Shown here in pieces: positions 17,823 through 27,898 of a stretch of DNA of 32,000 bases (within the stretch, counting starts at the first letter, position 1; each line of letters starts with the position of its first letter). The DNA comes from Delftia acidovorans NBRC 14950 (GTDB taxonomy: Bacteria > Pseudomonadota > Gammaproteobacteria > Burkholderiales > Burkholderiaceae_C): NCBI RefSeq assembly GCF_001598795.1, contig NZ_BCZP01000005.1, positions 210,001 through 242,000 of the forward strand, written 5' to 3'. Both the position numbers and the translations under genes were made by a program. Below the pieces are notes generated by a model that ran no database searches, was not told the DNA's origin, and saw nothing but the letters and a program-made list of their open reading frames with translations.

Positions 17823-19511
17823 TCAGAATCCCTCGGGCATGCCGTCGCCCGAGAAGCCGGCGGCCTCCACCAGCCGCTGCGTGTACGCCTGGCGCGGCGC
17901 GCCCAGCACCTGGGCGACGGGGCCGGATTCGACGATGGCACCATCCTTCATGACCACCACGTCATGGGCCATGGCGCGGATCACGTCCACGTCGTGCGTG
18001 ATCAGCAGATAGGCCAGGCCCCGCTCGCGCTGCAGCCGTTGCAGCAGGCCCAGCACCTGCTGCTGAATGGTCACATCCAGCGCGCTGGTGGGTTCGTCGA
18101 GCACCAGCACCTCGGGCTCCAGCACCAGGGCGCGTGCAATGGCGATGCGCTGGCGCTGGCCTCCCGAGAATTCGTGGGGATAGCGGTCAAGCAGGCCGGG
18201 AAACTGTTCCTGCGTCAGGCCCACGGCCGACAGCATCTCCACGATGCGGTCGCGTTGCTGCGGCGCCGCCAGCGACGGCGCATGCACGCGCAGGCCTTCG
18301 CCAACGATCTGCTCCAGCGTCAGCCGGGGCGACAGCGATGAATACGGGTCCTGGAACACCACCTGCACCTTGCGCCGCAGCGCACGGTTGGCGGGCGAGT
18401 TGCGCGTGGCTGGCTGCTGCCAGGCATGGCCGGCAATGCGCAGCCGTCCTTCATGGGGCAGCAGCCCCAGCACGGCCTGCGCCAGCGTGGACTTGCCCGA
18501 TCCCGATTCACCGACCACACCCACGGTGCGCCCGGGCAACAGCGCCAGGTCTGCGGACTGCACGGCGACGAAGCGCCCCTGGCCGAACCATCCGCGCATG
18601 CCTGCCAGCGGCACCGGATAGCTGACCTTGAGGCCCTGGGCCTGCACCAGCGGCTCGCCAGCCGTGGCCTCGGCGCCTGCCTCCACCTCGATCAGGTCGC
18701 GGCGCGGCACGCTGGCCAGCAACTTGCGCGTATAGGCATGGCGCGGAGCCGCCATGACCGCCGACACCCCGCCCTGCTCCACCAGTTGCCCGCGCTCCAT
18801 CACCGCCACGCGGTCGGCAAAGCGCCGCACCAGGTGCAGGTCGTGCGTGATCATCAGCACGGCCATGCCGGTCTGGCGCTGCAGGTCATCGAGCAACTGC
18901 AGGATCTGGCCGCGCAGCGTGACATCGAGTGCCGTCGTCGGCTCGTCGGCCAGGAGCAGGCGCGGGCTGCTGGCCAGCGCCATGGCGATCATGGCGCGCT
19001 GGCGCTGCCCGCCACTGAGCTGGTGGGGAAAGGCGCGGGCGCGGCGCACAGGCTCGGCAATGCCGGTGGTCGCCAGCAATTCGGTGGCCTGGACCAGGGA
19101 TTGCGCTCGCGTCAGCCCCTGCTTGAGGCGAAGCACCTCGCCCACCTGCTCGCCCACCGTCATCAGCGGGTTGAGCGCCGTCATGGGCTCCTGGAAAATC
19201 ATGGCCACGTCGCCGCCGCGCACGGCGCGCATCTCGCGCTCGGGCAGGCGCAGCAGGTCGCGGCCGTCGAACAGGGCCTGGCCTCCCAGCTGAGCGTCTC
19301 CAGCCAGCCGCAGCAGCGACAGCGCGGTGATGGTCTTGCCCGAGCCGGACTCGCCCACCAGCGCCAGCTTCTCGCCTGCCGCCAGGTCGAAGCTCACGCC
19401 GTGCACCACATCCTTGCTGCCGAAGCGCACGCGCAGGTTGCGCACGGACAGCAATGTCCGGCCACGGCCGGGGGGCGAAGGTATCTCCATTGCCGGCTGC
19501 TCTGCGTTCAT
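17823..19511 (-). CDS. yejF: Peptide/microcin C ABC transporter, fused double ATPase
   Basis: 562 aa from MNAEQPAMEIPS. Two Walker A motifs (GESGSGKT, GESGSGKS) and two LSGGQRQR signatures. ATGA overlap with the yejE stop at 19508-19511. Confidence 0.9.
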   Translation of the reverse strand: MNAEQPAMEIPSPPGRGRTLLSVRNLRVRFGSKDVVHGVSFDLAAGEKLALVGESGSGKTITALSLLRLAGDAQLGGQALFDGRDLLRLPEREMRAVRGGDVAMIFQEPMTALNPLMTVGEQVGEVLRLKQGLTRAQSLVQATELLATTGIAEPVRRARAFPHQLSGGQRQRAMIAMALASSPRLLLADEPTTALDVTLRGQILQLLDDLQRQTGMAVLMITHDLHLVRRFADRVAVMERGQLVEQGGVSAVMAAPRHAYTRKLLASVPRRDLIEVEAGAEATAGEPLVQAQGLKVSYPVPLAGMRGWFGQGRFVAVQSADLALLPGRTVGVVGESGSGKSTLAQAVLGLLPHEGRLRIAGHAWQQPATRNSPANRALRRKVQVVFQDPYSSLSPRLTLEQIVGEGLRVHAPSLAAPQQRDRIVEMLSAVGLTQEQFPGLLDRYPHEFSGGQRQRIAIARALVLEPEVLVLDEPTSALDVTIQQQVLGLLQRLQRERGLAYLLITHDVDVIRAMAHDVVVMKDGAIVESGPVAQVLGAPRQAYTQRLVEAAGFSGDGMPEGF

Positions 19512-20647
19512 GCGGCGTCCTTTGCATCGACACCGGGGGCGGCATCGCTGGCAGCGGCCTTGCGCGGGTCCAGCGCATCGCGCAGCGCATCGCCCATGAA
19601 GGTCAGCAGCAGCAGCGTCACCACCAGCACGGCAAAGGTGGACAGCGAGATCCACCAGGCATCGATGCTGTTCTTGCCCTGGTTCAGCAGCTCACCCAGG
19701 CTGGGGGTGTCAGGCGGCACGCCCAGCCCCAGGAAGTCCAGCGAGGTCAGGGCCAGGATGGCCGCACTCATGCGAAACGGCAAAAAGGTCACCACGGGCG
19801 TCATGCTGTTGGGCAGCAGATGGCGCCAGATCAGCGCGCCATTGCCCACGCCCAGCGCCCGAGCCGACTTCACATAGTCCAGCTGGCGGTTGCGCAGGAA
19901 CTCGGCACGCACGTAGTCCGACAGGCCCATCCAGCCGAACAGCGACAGCAGCACCAGCAGCAGTGAGACGCTGGGCGCCAGCACCGCGCTGAAGATGATC
20001 AGCAGATACAGCTCGGGCATGGAGCCCCAGATCTCGATGAAGCGCTGGAATGCCAGATCGGTCCTGCCGCCGAAAAAACCCTGGACGGCCCCCGTCACCA
20101 CGCCCAGCACCACGCCCGACGCCGTCAGCGCCAGAGCAAACAGCACGCTGACGCGAAACCCGTAGATCAGCTGGGCCAGCAGATCGCGCCCCCGGTCATC
20201 GGTACCCAGCAGGTTGTCGCGCGAGGGCGGCGCCGGGTTGGGTGAGGTCGCAAAGTAGTTCAGCGCCTGTGGCCCATAGGGATTGAGCGTATACAGCGCC
20301 CAGTTGTCGCCCTGGCTCAGGCGGTCACGGATGAAGGGGTCCAGGTAGTCGGTGGCCGTCTCGAAGTCGCCGCCGAAAGTCTTCTCGGAATAATCGTTCC
20401 ACAGCGGCCAGTAGGTCTGGCCTTCGTAGCGCACCACCAGGGGCCGGTCGTTGCTGATCAGCTCGGCGCCCAGGCTCAGCACCACCATCACGCAAAACGC
20501 CACCAGACTCCAATACCCCAGCCGATTGCGCCTGAACCGCATCCAGGCCCGACGCGCCGGCGACACTGCCACCACAGCCAGCGGTGCAGGCGCTGCCCCG
20601 GGCAGCCCTGCGCCTGGAGTGGCAAGGGAGTGCATCTCAGTTTCCAT
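19508..20647 (-). CDS. yejE: Peptide/microcin C ABC transporter permease
   Basis: 379 aa. RRAWMRFRRNRLGYWSL, NLLGTDDRGRDLLAQLIYG and SLDFLGLGVPP parallel E. coli YejE. No clear SD, so the start (20647 vs 20635) is uncertain. Confidence 0.88.
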   Translation of the reverse strand: METEMHSLATPGAGLPGAAPAPLAVVAVSPARRAWMRFRRNRLGYWSLVAFCVMVVLSLGAELISNDRPLVVRYEGQTYWPLWNDYSEKTFGGDFETATDYLDPFIRDRLSQGDNWALYTLNPYGPQALNYFATSPNPAPPSRDNLLGTDDRGRDLLAQLIYGFRVSVLFALALTASGVVLGVVTGAVQGFFGGRTDLAFQRFIEIWGSMPELYLLIIFSAVLAPSVSLLLVLLSLFGWMGLSDYVRAEFLRNRQLDYVKSARALGVGNGALIWRHLLPNSMTPVVTFLPFRMSAAILALTSLDFLGLGVPPDTPSLGELLNQGKNSIDAWWISLSTFAVLVVTLLLLTFMGDALRDALDPRKAAASDAAPGVDAKDAA

Positions 20648-20778
20648 GTTGCTGCATCACAGTGGCGCGACCGCCCAAAGTCAGGCACACCAGGCAAGGG
20701 CCTGCGCCAGCCGCCAATGGCCCGAACGCTCCCCCCGCAAAGCAAGAGGGGGAAGCGGCGCAGCCGTTCAGGGGGCGC

Positions 20779-21807
20779 TCAATCAAACCGTACACGCGGA
20801 TCCACCCACACATAACAAAGGTCACTGACCAGCTTGGTCACCAAGCCGATCAGCGTGAACAGATACAGCGTGCCCAGCACCACGGGATAGTCGCGCCGAA
20901 TCACGCTGTCATAGCTGAGCAGGCCCAGGCCGTCCAGCGAGAACAGTGTCTCTATCAGCAGCGAGCCCGTGAAGAAGGCCCCGATGAAGGCTGCCGGAAA
21001 TCCGGTGACGATGGGGATCAGCGCGTTGCGCAGCACATGGCGGTAGAGCACCTGCCGCTCGGACAGGCCCTTGGCGCGCGCAGTCAGCACGTACTGCTTG
21101 CGGATCTCCTCCAGGAAGGCATTCTTGGTCAGCATGGCCGTGATGGCGAAGCTGCCCGCCACCATGGCCGTCACCGGCAGCGCGATATGCCAGAGATAGT
21201 CCACAATGCGCGCGCCCCAGGACAGCTCGTCCCAGTTGGAGGAAGTCAGCCCGCGCAGCGGAAACCACTGCAACTGGCCGCCAAAGATCACCAACAGTGC
21301 CACGCCCAGCACGAAACCCGGAATCGCATAGCCGACCAGGATCAGCAGCGTGGTGGCGAAGTCGAACCGCGAGCCGGCCCGCACGGCCTTGGCAATGCCC
21401 AGCGGCACGGCAACGAGGTAGCTGATGAAAAAGGTCCACAGTCCCAGGCTGGCCGAGACCGGCAGCTTCTCCTTGATCAGCTGCCAGACATCCTTGTTCT
21501 GAAAGAAACTGCGCCCCAGGTCGAACCGCGCGAACTGCCCGAGCATCTGGAAGAAGCGCTCATGGGCCGGCTTGTCAAAGCCGTAGAGGGCCTTGATCTG
21601 CTCTATGCGCTGGGGGTCCACCCCCTGGTTGCCACGGTAGGCCAGGCCACCGCCCTCGCCGCCGCGACCCACGCTGGCCTTGGCCTCGGCCAGATACTGC
21701 TCGACCGGGCCACCGGGCACGAACTGCACGACCACGAAGGTCAGCAGCAGTACGCCCAGCAGGGTCGGCACCATCAGCAGCAAGCGTTTGAATATGTAGG
21801 CCCACAT
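20779..21807 (-). CDS. yejB: Peptide/microcin C ABC transporter permease
   Basis: 342 aa. Near-collinear with E. coli YejB as I recall it (FDKPAHERFF, LTARAKGLSERQVLYRHVLRNA, RDYPVVLGTLYLFTLIGL). Confidence 0.92.
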   Translation of the reverse strand: MWAYIFKRLLLMVPTLLGVLLLTFVVVQFVPGGPVEQYLAEAKASVGRGGEGGGLAYRGNQGVDPQRIEQIKALYGFDKPAHERFFQMLGQFARFDLGRSFFQNKDVWQLIKEKLPVSASLGLWTFFISYLVAVPLGIAKAVRAGSRFDFATTLLILVGYAIPGFVLGVALLVIFGGQLQWFPLRGLTSSNWDELSWGARIVDYLWHIALPVTAMVAGSFAITAMLTKNAFLEEIRKQYVLTARAKGLSERQVLYRHVLRNALIPIVTGFPAAFIGAFFTGSLLIETLFSLDGLGLLSYDSVIRRDYPVVLGTLYLFTLIGLVTKLVSDLCYVWVDPRVRFD

Positions 21808-21903
21808 AAGAAGTCTTGCATTATGTCCATTGCGGGGAGGGGCCCCGGCCGGGGGACGCCCTCATCATGCAACGGATCGCAACGACACAGCCGCAACGCC
21901 GGC

Positions 21904-23733
21904 TCATGGAGGCGGCGCGGTCAGCACCGGCATGCGGGCCCACCAGGTGTCCATGGCCCAGCTCTCGCCCTTCGCATAGGCCGGAACCACAGCCGGCCGC
22001 ACCAGGCGCCAGGAGTCGTAGACCATGCGGTGCGTGCCCGCGCTCCACTGCGGAATCAGGTAGTGGCCGTGCGTGATGATGCGTTCGAGTGCGTGGCAGG
22101 CAGGCAACAGTTGCGCCTCTGTCTTGGCCTCGGTCATGCGGCGGATCATGGCGTCGACCGCCGGGTTCTTCACGCCGGGGAAATTGCCGGAACCCTCGGT
22201 TGCCGCCGCCTGGCTGCCGAACAGGTCGGCGAACTCCTGGCCCGGATTGTTCGTGCCCTGGTAGGCGATGGAGATGATGTCGTAGTCGAACTTCTCCACG
22301 CGCTGCTGGTACAGCGCAAAGTCCGCCGAGCGAAAGCGCAGCCGGATGCCCAGCTTTTCCAGATTGCGTATCCAGGGCGAGACCTGGCGTATGCCCGAGT
22401 CGCTGCTGTCCAGGTACTCCAGCTCCATGGCCTGGCCCCGCGCGTTGCGCAGCACGCCATCCTGAATGGTCCAGCCGGCATCAGCCAGCAGTTGCCGCGC
22501 CTGGCGCAGATTTCCGCGCAACGAGCTGTCGCCATCGGTGCGCGGCGGCTCGGCCATGGGGCCGAAGGCCTCCGGCGGGATGCTCTTGCGCAAGGGCTCC
22601 ATCAGCGCCAGCTCCTCTGGCGAGGGCTCGCCATGGGTCTCGCAGGCCGTGTTGCCGAACAGCCCGCGCACGCGCTGGTAGGAACCGTAGAACATCTGCC
22701 GGTTCATCCACTCGTAGTCCATGGCCAGGCCCAGGGCGCGGCGCACCCGGACGTCCTGCAGCACAGGCCGACGCACGTTGAGCACATAGCTCTGGAATCC
22801 TGATGGCAGCTTGTTGCTGAACTCGCCCTTGACCAGCTCGCCCCGGTCGAAGCGCTTGCCGTACAGGCGCCGCGCCCAGTCACCGGCGCTGTAAAAGCGC
22901 ATGAGGTCGAACTCCCCGGCCTTCAGCGCCTCCAGCCTCGCCGTGTTGTCGCGGTAGATCTTGACGGAGATGCGATCGAAATTGGCCGTGCCAACGCGCA
23001 CAGGCAGATCGCGGCCCCAGTAGTCCGGGTCACGCACATAGGTGATGTCCTTGCCGAATCGCACGGGACCTATCTTGTAGGGCCCGCTGCCGATGGGCGT
23101 GTCCGTCACCACCTGGTCGAAGGGCTTGGCCTTGCCGTTTTCCACGCCCCAATCGCGACTGAACACTGGAATGGCCCCCACGGTCAGCGGCAATTCCCGG
23201 TTCGGCTGCTTGAAGCGAAAGCGCACGGTGCGTTCGTCCAGCACATCGACGCCCGCCACATCGAAGAACAGCGTTCTGTAGCCGGGCAGTGCATGCGGGC
23301 CCACCAGCGTGTCATAGCTGAACTTGACATCGGCGGCCAGCACGGGCTTTCCGTTGTGAAAGCGTGCCTGGGGCCGCAACCGGAATGTGGCGGACAGGCC
23401 GTCGGCCGCGGCCTGCACATCTTCGGCCAGCAATCCGTAGCCGGTGGCGGTCTCGTCCAGCGAGGGCCACAGCAAGGTGTCGAACATCAGCTCCGCCAGA
23501 TAGGCGGGCGACGACCCCTTGATGGTGAACGGGTTGTATTTGTCAAAGGTGGAGATGCGCAGATTGCTCACCAGGCGCAGCTCGCCGCCCTTGGGGGCCT
23601 TGGCGTTGACATAGTCGAAATGGCTGAAGCCCTCGGCATAGCGGGGCTCGCCCCACAGGGCATAGGCATGCGAGCCCCAGGCCGGCACACACGCCGAGGC
23701 CAGCAGCAGCGAAGAAATCATCCAATGGCGCAT
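21904..23733 (-). CDS. yejA: Family 5 extracellular solute-binding protein of the Yej transporter
   Basis: 609 aa from [20 protein letters not shown] (signal peptide). Size and position upstream of yejBEF fit. The 30-codon 5' extension in the track is rejected. Confidence 0.88.
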   Translation of the reverse strand: MRHWMISSLLLASACVPAWGSHAYALWGEPRYAEGFSHFDYVNAKAPKGGELRLVSNLRISTFDKYNPFTIKGSSPAYLAELMFDTLLWPSLDETATGYGLLAEDVQAAADGLSATFRLRPQARFHNGKPVLAADVKFSYDTLVGPHALPGYRTLFFDVAGVDVLDERTVRFRFKQPNRELPLTVGAIPVFSRDWGVENGKAKPFDQVVTDTPIGSGPYKIGPVRFGKDITYVRDPDYWGRDLPVRVGTANFDRISVKIYRDNTARLEALKAGEFDLMRFYSAGDWARRLYGKRFDRGELVKGEFSNKLPSGFQSYVLNVRRPVLQDVRVRRALGLAMDYEWMNRQMFYGSYQRVRGLFGNTACETHGEPSPEELALMEPLRKSIPPEAFGPMAEPPRTDGDSSLRGNLRQARQLLADAGWTIQDGVLRNARGQAMELEYLDSSDSGIRQVSPWIRNLEKLGIRLRFRSADFALYQQRVEKFDYDIISIAYQGTNNPGQEFADLFGSQAAATEGSGNFPGVKNPAVDAMIRRMTEAKTEAQLLPACHALERIITHGHYLIPQWSAGTHRMVYDSWRLVRPAVVPAYAKGESWAMDTWWARMPVLTAPPP

Positions 23734-23845
23734 GCGACAATTCTGCACCACGCAGCCAGCCCTTCCGCTGGCAAACGCTGACGCGGGCCCCGGCCGTCGC
23801 CGCCAGCTGGTGCGCACTTCCACTCACTTTCTCTGGAGAACAACA

Positions 23846-24646
23846 ATGGGCTTTCTCGCCGGTAAAAAACTGCTGATCACGGGCGTTCTGTCCAACCGTT
23901 CCATCGCCTACGGCATCGCCAAGGCCTGCCATGCACAGGGCGCGGAGCTGGCCTTCAGCTATGTGGGCGAGCGCTTCAAGGACCGCATCACCGAGTTCGC
24001 CGCCGAATTCGACTCCAAGCTGATCTTTGACTGCGACGTGGCAGACGATGCCCAGATCGAAAAGCTGTTCGCCGACCTGGGCGCGACCTGGGGCAAGTTC
24101 GACGGCTTCGTGCACAGCATCGGCTTTGCACCGCGCGAGGCCATCGCCGGCAACTTCCTGGACGGCCTGTCGCGCGAAGGCTTCAAGATCGCGCACGACA
24201 TCAGCGCCTACAGCTTCCCCGCGATGGCCAAGGCGGCCCTGCCCTACCTCAACGACAAGTCCTCGCTGCTGACGCTGTCGTACCTGGGCGCCCTGCGCTC
24301 CATCCCCAACTACAACACCATGGGCCTGGCCAAGGCATCGCTGGAAGCGTCGGTGCGCTACCTGGCCGAGGCCGTGGGCCGCACGGCAGACGGCCGCGCC
24401 ATTCGCGCCAACGGCATCTCGGCCGGCCCCATCAAGACCCTGGCCGCCTCGGGCATCAAGGACTTCGGCAAGCTGCTGGGCCGCGTGGCCGATGCATCGC
24501 CGCTGCGCCGCAACGTGACCATCGAGGACGTGGGCAATGTGGCCGCCTTCCTGCTGTCGGACCTCGCCTCGGGCGTGACGGCCGAGATCACCTACGTGGA
24601 CGGTGGCTTCAGCCAGACCGCAGGCCTGTCGGCCGACCAGGTCTAA
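23846..24646 (+). CDS. fabI: Enoyl-[acyl-carrier-protein] reductase (NADH) FabI
   Basis: 266 aa from [27 protein letters not shown]. The catalytic region [24 protein letters not shown] is present. GGAGAA lies 5 nt upstream of the ATG at 23846. Confidence 0.95.
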   Translation: MGFLAGKKLLITGVLSNRSIAYGIAKACHAQGAELAFSYVGERFKDRITEFAAEFDSKLIFDCDVADDAQIEKLFADLGATWGKFDGFVHSIGFAPREAIAGNFLDGLSREGFKIAHDISAYSFPAMAKAALPYLNDKSSLLTLSYLGALRSIPNYNTMGLAKASLEASVRYLAEAVGRTADGRAIRANGISAGPIKTLAASGIKDFGKLLGRVADASPLRRNVTIEDVGNVAAFLLSDLASGVTAEITYVDGGFSQTAGLSADQV

Positions 24647-24668
24647 GTCACCGCCAGACTGCGACCCG

Positions 24669-24702
24669 CCCCGCAGGCATTGCCGCCTGCGGGGCTTTTT
24701 TT
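24669..24702 (+). terminator. Rho-independent terminator of fabI
   Basis: ccccgcaggc-attgcc-gcctgcgggg followed by c + ttttttt, 22 nt after the fabI stop. Confidence 0.85.
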
Positions 24703-24779
24703 CGCCTGGAATCCAGGCATCCGCATCCTGCCGATGCGCGAAGGAAATACACATCGGATTGCATACGGTCATTTTTGTT

Positions 24780-24807
24780 TTGAATGAGAATGATTCTCAT
24801 GAATAAT
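24780..24807 (+). promoter_or_regulatory. Candidate sigma70 promoter TTGAAT-N16-AATAAT
   Basis: -35 at 24780-24785 and -10 at 24802-24807, inside the only strongly AT-rich stretch of the window, about 50 nt upstream of the ATG at 24861. Confidence 0.45.
24785..24799. promoter_or_regulatory. Fur-family operator (7-1-7 palindrome TGAGAAT-G-ATTCTCA)
   Basis: Perfect 7-1-7 inverted repeat. It differs from the classical Fur 7-1-7 core TGATAAT-N-ATTATCA only at the symmetric 4th position. It fills the -35/-10 spacer, and an extra ATTCTCA half-site lies at 24811-24817. Confidence 0.6.
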
Positions 24808-24860
24808 ACAATTCTCAGATCAATATCAAAGAACCTCTGAAAACCTCGGAGCCAGCAGAT

Positions 24861-25373
24861 ATGCAAGCAACCTCTGACCTCAGTCTGCCCTCTCCCGTCC
24901 CTGCACCCTCCCAAGCATCCTTGAATCAATGGGAACAGCTGGCGCGCCGCGCCCATGGGCATTTCCATGCAGGCCAGATCGAAAGCGCGCTCGCCATGCA
25001 GATGAAGGCCCTGCATGTGGCGCAGCGCCTCATCGCCGGCCCGCTGCTGGCGGAACACGCCGATCACTGCATGGCCGCCTGGGTGGTCTCCCACCACAAC
25101 CTGGCCGAGTTGCTGGCATTGCGCCAGCAGCCAGCACTGGCCATCGAATACCTGTGCGAGGCGCACCAGGGCCTGTTGGCCCTGGGTGATGCGCGCCACC
25201 ATGCGGCCGCCGTGTGCAGCGCCGCCTGGCGCCATATGCGCGAAACCCATTCAGCCCTGCTGCAGTGGCAGCGCCAGCACGGCAGCCAGCCCCGCATCGA
25301 TGCAGCGCTTCAGGCCTCGGCCCGCGTCTTCGACTGCACAGCCACCGCCCTGCCGCCCCGGCTGGCGCATTGA
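24861..25373 (+). CDS. His-rich hypothetical protein (170 aa), probably helical-repeat
   Basis: GGAG 9 nt upstream of the ATG and GC3-rich codon usage like neighbouring genes. 15 His and 4 Cys by my count (HGHFH, EHADHC, SHH, RHH). I recognise no family. Confidence 0.6.
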   Translation: MQATSDLSLPSPVPAPSQASLNQWEQLARRAHGHFHAGQIESALAMQMKALHVAQRLIAGPLLAEHADHCMAAWVVSHHNLAELLALRQQPALAIEYLCEAHQGLLALGDARHHAAAVCSAAWRHMRETHSALLQWQRQHGSQPRIDAALQASARVFDCTATALPPRLAH

Positions 25374-25435
25374 TTGGAGCCGCACAGACATCGCAACGCA
25401 CCGATTTTTTCCCCGTAGTCCCTGAAAGAAACCAC

Positions 25436-26071
<636 letters not shown>

Positions 26072-26106
26072 ACGGTCCGCAACGCCAACCTCTGACCTCG
26101 ACCAGC

Positions 26107-27027
26107 ATGGATCTGCCACAACGCTTCCGCTCCAAGACCAGCGTACGGTCCAACATCCGCCTGTGGATAGGCCTGGCCATCATGATGGCCGGCGCCTGGG
26201 CGCTCACCAGCCAGTTCTGGGCCTACGCCCAGAACCATCCGGTGGTCTTCCAGGCCCTGGCCGGAGGCTCGGCCGCCGCGCTGGCGACCGCACTGGGCAC
26301 CGTGCCCGTGATGCTGTCCCAGCGCCTGTCCGAGCGCACGCAGGACACCCTGTTCGGCTTTGGCGCCGGGGTCATGCTGGCCGCCTGCGCCTTCTCGCTG
26401 ATCCTGCCTGGACTGGAGGCCGTGCGCACCCAGGAACTATTCGGTGGCGGCAGCTGGGCGGCGGGCGGGGTCATAGGTTCGGCCATCCTGATGGGCGGTG
26501 CCGCCCTCATGCTCATGGACAGGCTCCTGCCCCATGAGCACTTCATCAAGGGCCGCGAAGGCCTGGACCCGCAAGGCGCGCGCAAGCTGCAGCGCACCTG
26601 GCTGTTCGTCTTCGCCATCACCCTGCACAACCTGCCCGAAGGCCTGGCCATCGGCGTGGGCTATGCGGGCAACGACGGATTGCGCGCCAATGCACTGGCC
26701 ACGGGCATTGCCATACAGGATGTGCCCGAAGGCCTGGTGGTGGCCGTGGCCCTGCTGGCCGCAGGCTACAAGCGCAGCTTTGCCGTGTTGCTGGGCATGG
26801 CCTCCGGCCTGGTGGAGCCCGTGGGCGCCGTGCTGGGGGCAGCCATCGTGAGCGGCTCGGCAGCCATGCTGCCCTGGGGCCTGGGCTTTGCAGCGGGCGC
26901 CATGCTGTTCGTGATCAGCCACGAAATCATTCCCGAGTCGCACCGCAAGGGCCATGAAGCCTTTGCCACGGGCGGCCTCATGCTGGGCTTTGTGCTGATG
27001 ATGGTGCTGGACACGGCCCTGGGCTGA
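26107..27027 (+). CDS. ZIP-family divalent metal transporter (ZupT/GufA-like)
   Basis: 306 aa, multi-TM. HNLPEGLAIGVGY and IQDVPEGLVVAVAL are the paired ZIP signature helices. It starts 35 nt after sodA. Confidence 0.85.
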   Translation: MDLPQRFRSKTSVRSNIRLWIGLAIMMAGAWALTSQFWAYAQNHPVVFQALAGGSAAALATALGTVPVMLSQRLSERTQDTLFGFGAGVMLAACAFSLILPGLEAVRTQELFGGGSWAAGGVIGSAILMGGAALMLMDRLLPHEHFIKGREGLDPQGARKLQRTWLFVFAITLHNLPEGLAIGVGYAGNDGLRANALATGIAIQDVPEGLVVAVALLAAGYKRSFAVLLGMASGLVEPVGAVLGAAIVSGSAAMLPWGLGFAAGAMLFVISHEIIPESHRKGHEAFATGGLMLGFVLMMVLDTALG

Positions 27028-27055
27028 GCCAGCGCACCGCGCACGCCTGGCTCAG
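27024..27055. terminator. Hairpin shared by the convergent ZIP and IclR genes
   Basis: ctgagccag (27024-27032) and ctggctcag (27047-27055) form a perfect 9-bp stem with a 14-nt loop. The ZIP stop TGA (27025-27027) and the IclR stop (27052-27054) lie in opposite arms. Confidence 0.45.
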
Positions 27056-27783
27056 GGCAGCAAAAGCCCCAGTTCCCGCGCCGCCGCCAGCACATGGCGG
27101 GCGTGGCGCTCTTCATAGCGGTGGGCTGGCATGGTCAGTGTCAGCGCCGCTGCCAATTCCCCATCGCGCTTGAACACGGGGGCCGAAATCCCTGCGATCT
27201 CGCGGTGCCTGTCCCCCACCATGGCGCAGTAGCCATCGGCGCGCACACGGGCCAGCTGCGTTCGGCTGCCGCCGCGCGATGCGGCGTACAGCTCGGTGTC
27301 GAAAGCCGACAGCACGCGCCCGCCTGCGCCCTGGCCCAGCGGCAGCAGATCGCCCGTGCGTGCATGGTCGCGCACGGGATGGGGCGAATCCACGCGGTAC
27401 AGGCACAGCCGGTCCTGGCCCTGGCGCACGTGGTAGGCCGCACTTTCGCCCGTGGCCTGCACCAGAGTGCGCAGCACGGGCATGACCACGCTGTCCAGCG
27501 AGAAATGCCGGGCATAGACGGTGTTCAGCCGCGCCACGGCCGGGCCCACGGCGTAGCGGCCGTCATCCATGCGCAGCACCCAGCCGCCATGCTCCAGCGA
27601 GGCCAGCAGCCGCAGCACGGTGCTCTTGTACAGGCGCGTGCGCTCCGACAACTGGGCCAGCGTCAGCCCGTCGTCGCCGTCGCGAAACGCTGCCAGCAGG
27701 CTCAAGGCCCTGTCCACGGCCGCCACGCCGCCCGGCGCGGCGTTCTCGTCGGCCACCGATTCCGTCACTGATTTGCGAGGCAT
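27052..27783 (-). CDS. IclR-family transcriptional regulator
   Basis: 243 aa. The VDRALSLLAAFRDGDDGLTLAQLSERTRLYKSTVLRLLASLEHGGWV wHTH plus a C-terminal effector domain is the typical IclR layout. Confidence 0.92.
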   Translation of the reverse strand: MPRKSVTESVADENAAPGGVAAVDRALSLLAAFRDGDDGLTLAQLSERTRLYKSTVLRLLASLEHGGWVLRMDDGRYAVGPAVARLNTVYARHFSLDSVVMPVLRTLVQATGESAAYHVRQGQDRLCLYRVDSPHPVRDHARTGDLLPLGQGAGGRVLSAFDTELYAASRGGSRTQLARVRADGYCAMVGDRHREIAGISAPVFKRDGELAAALTLTMPAHRYEERHARHVLAAARELGLLLP

Positions 27784-27820
27784 AAAAAGGCACCCAAGGG
27801 AAAACCCCAGGCACGCAGGC

Positions 27821-27850
27821 TTGACGATGGCGCGTGCAGCAGGGAATATT
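27821..27850 (+). promoter_or_regulatory. Candidate sigma70 promoter TTGACG-N18-AATATT
   Basis: -35 at 27821-27826 and -10 at 27845-27850, in the divergent IclR/lyase intergenic region. Confidence 0.35.
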
Positions 27851-27883
27851 TCAATAGAGAGAATACAGTTCTATCTATTAGAA
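27850..27883. promoter_or_regulatory. Imperfect inverted repeat, candidate IclR operator
   Basis: ttcaatagagagaa (27850-27863) versus the reverse complement of ttctatctattagaa (27869-27883), which is ttctaatagatagaa. AT-rich, and immediately downstream of the putative -10. Confidence 0.4.
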
Positions 27884-27898
27884 CCACACAGAACCCCG

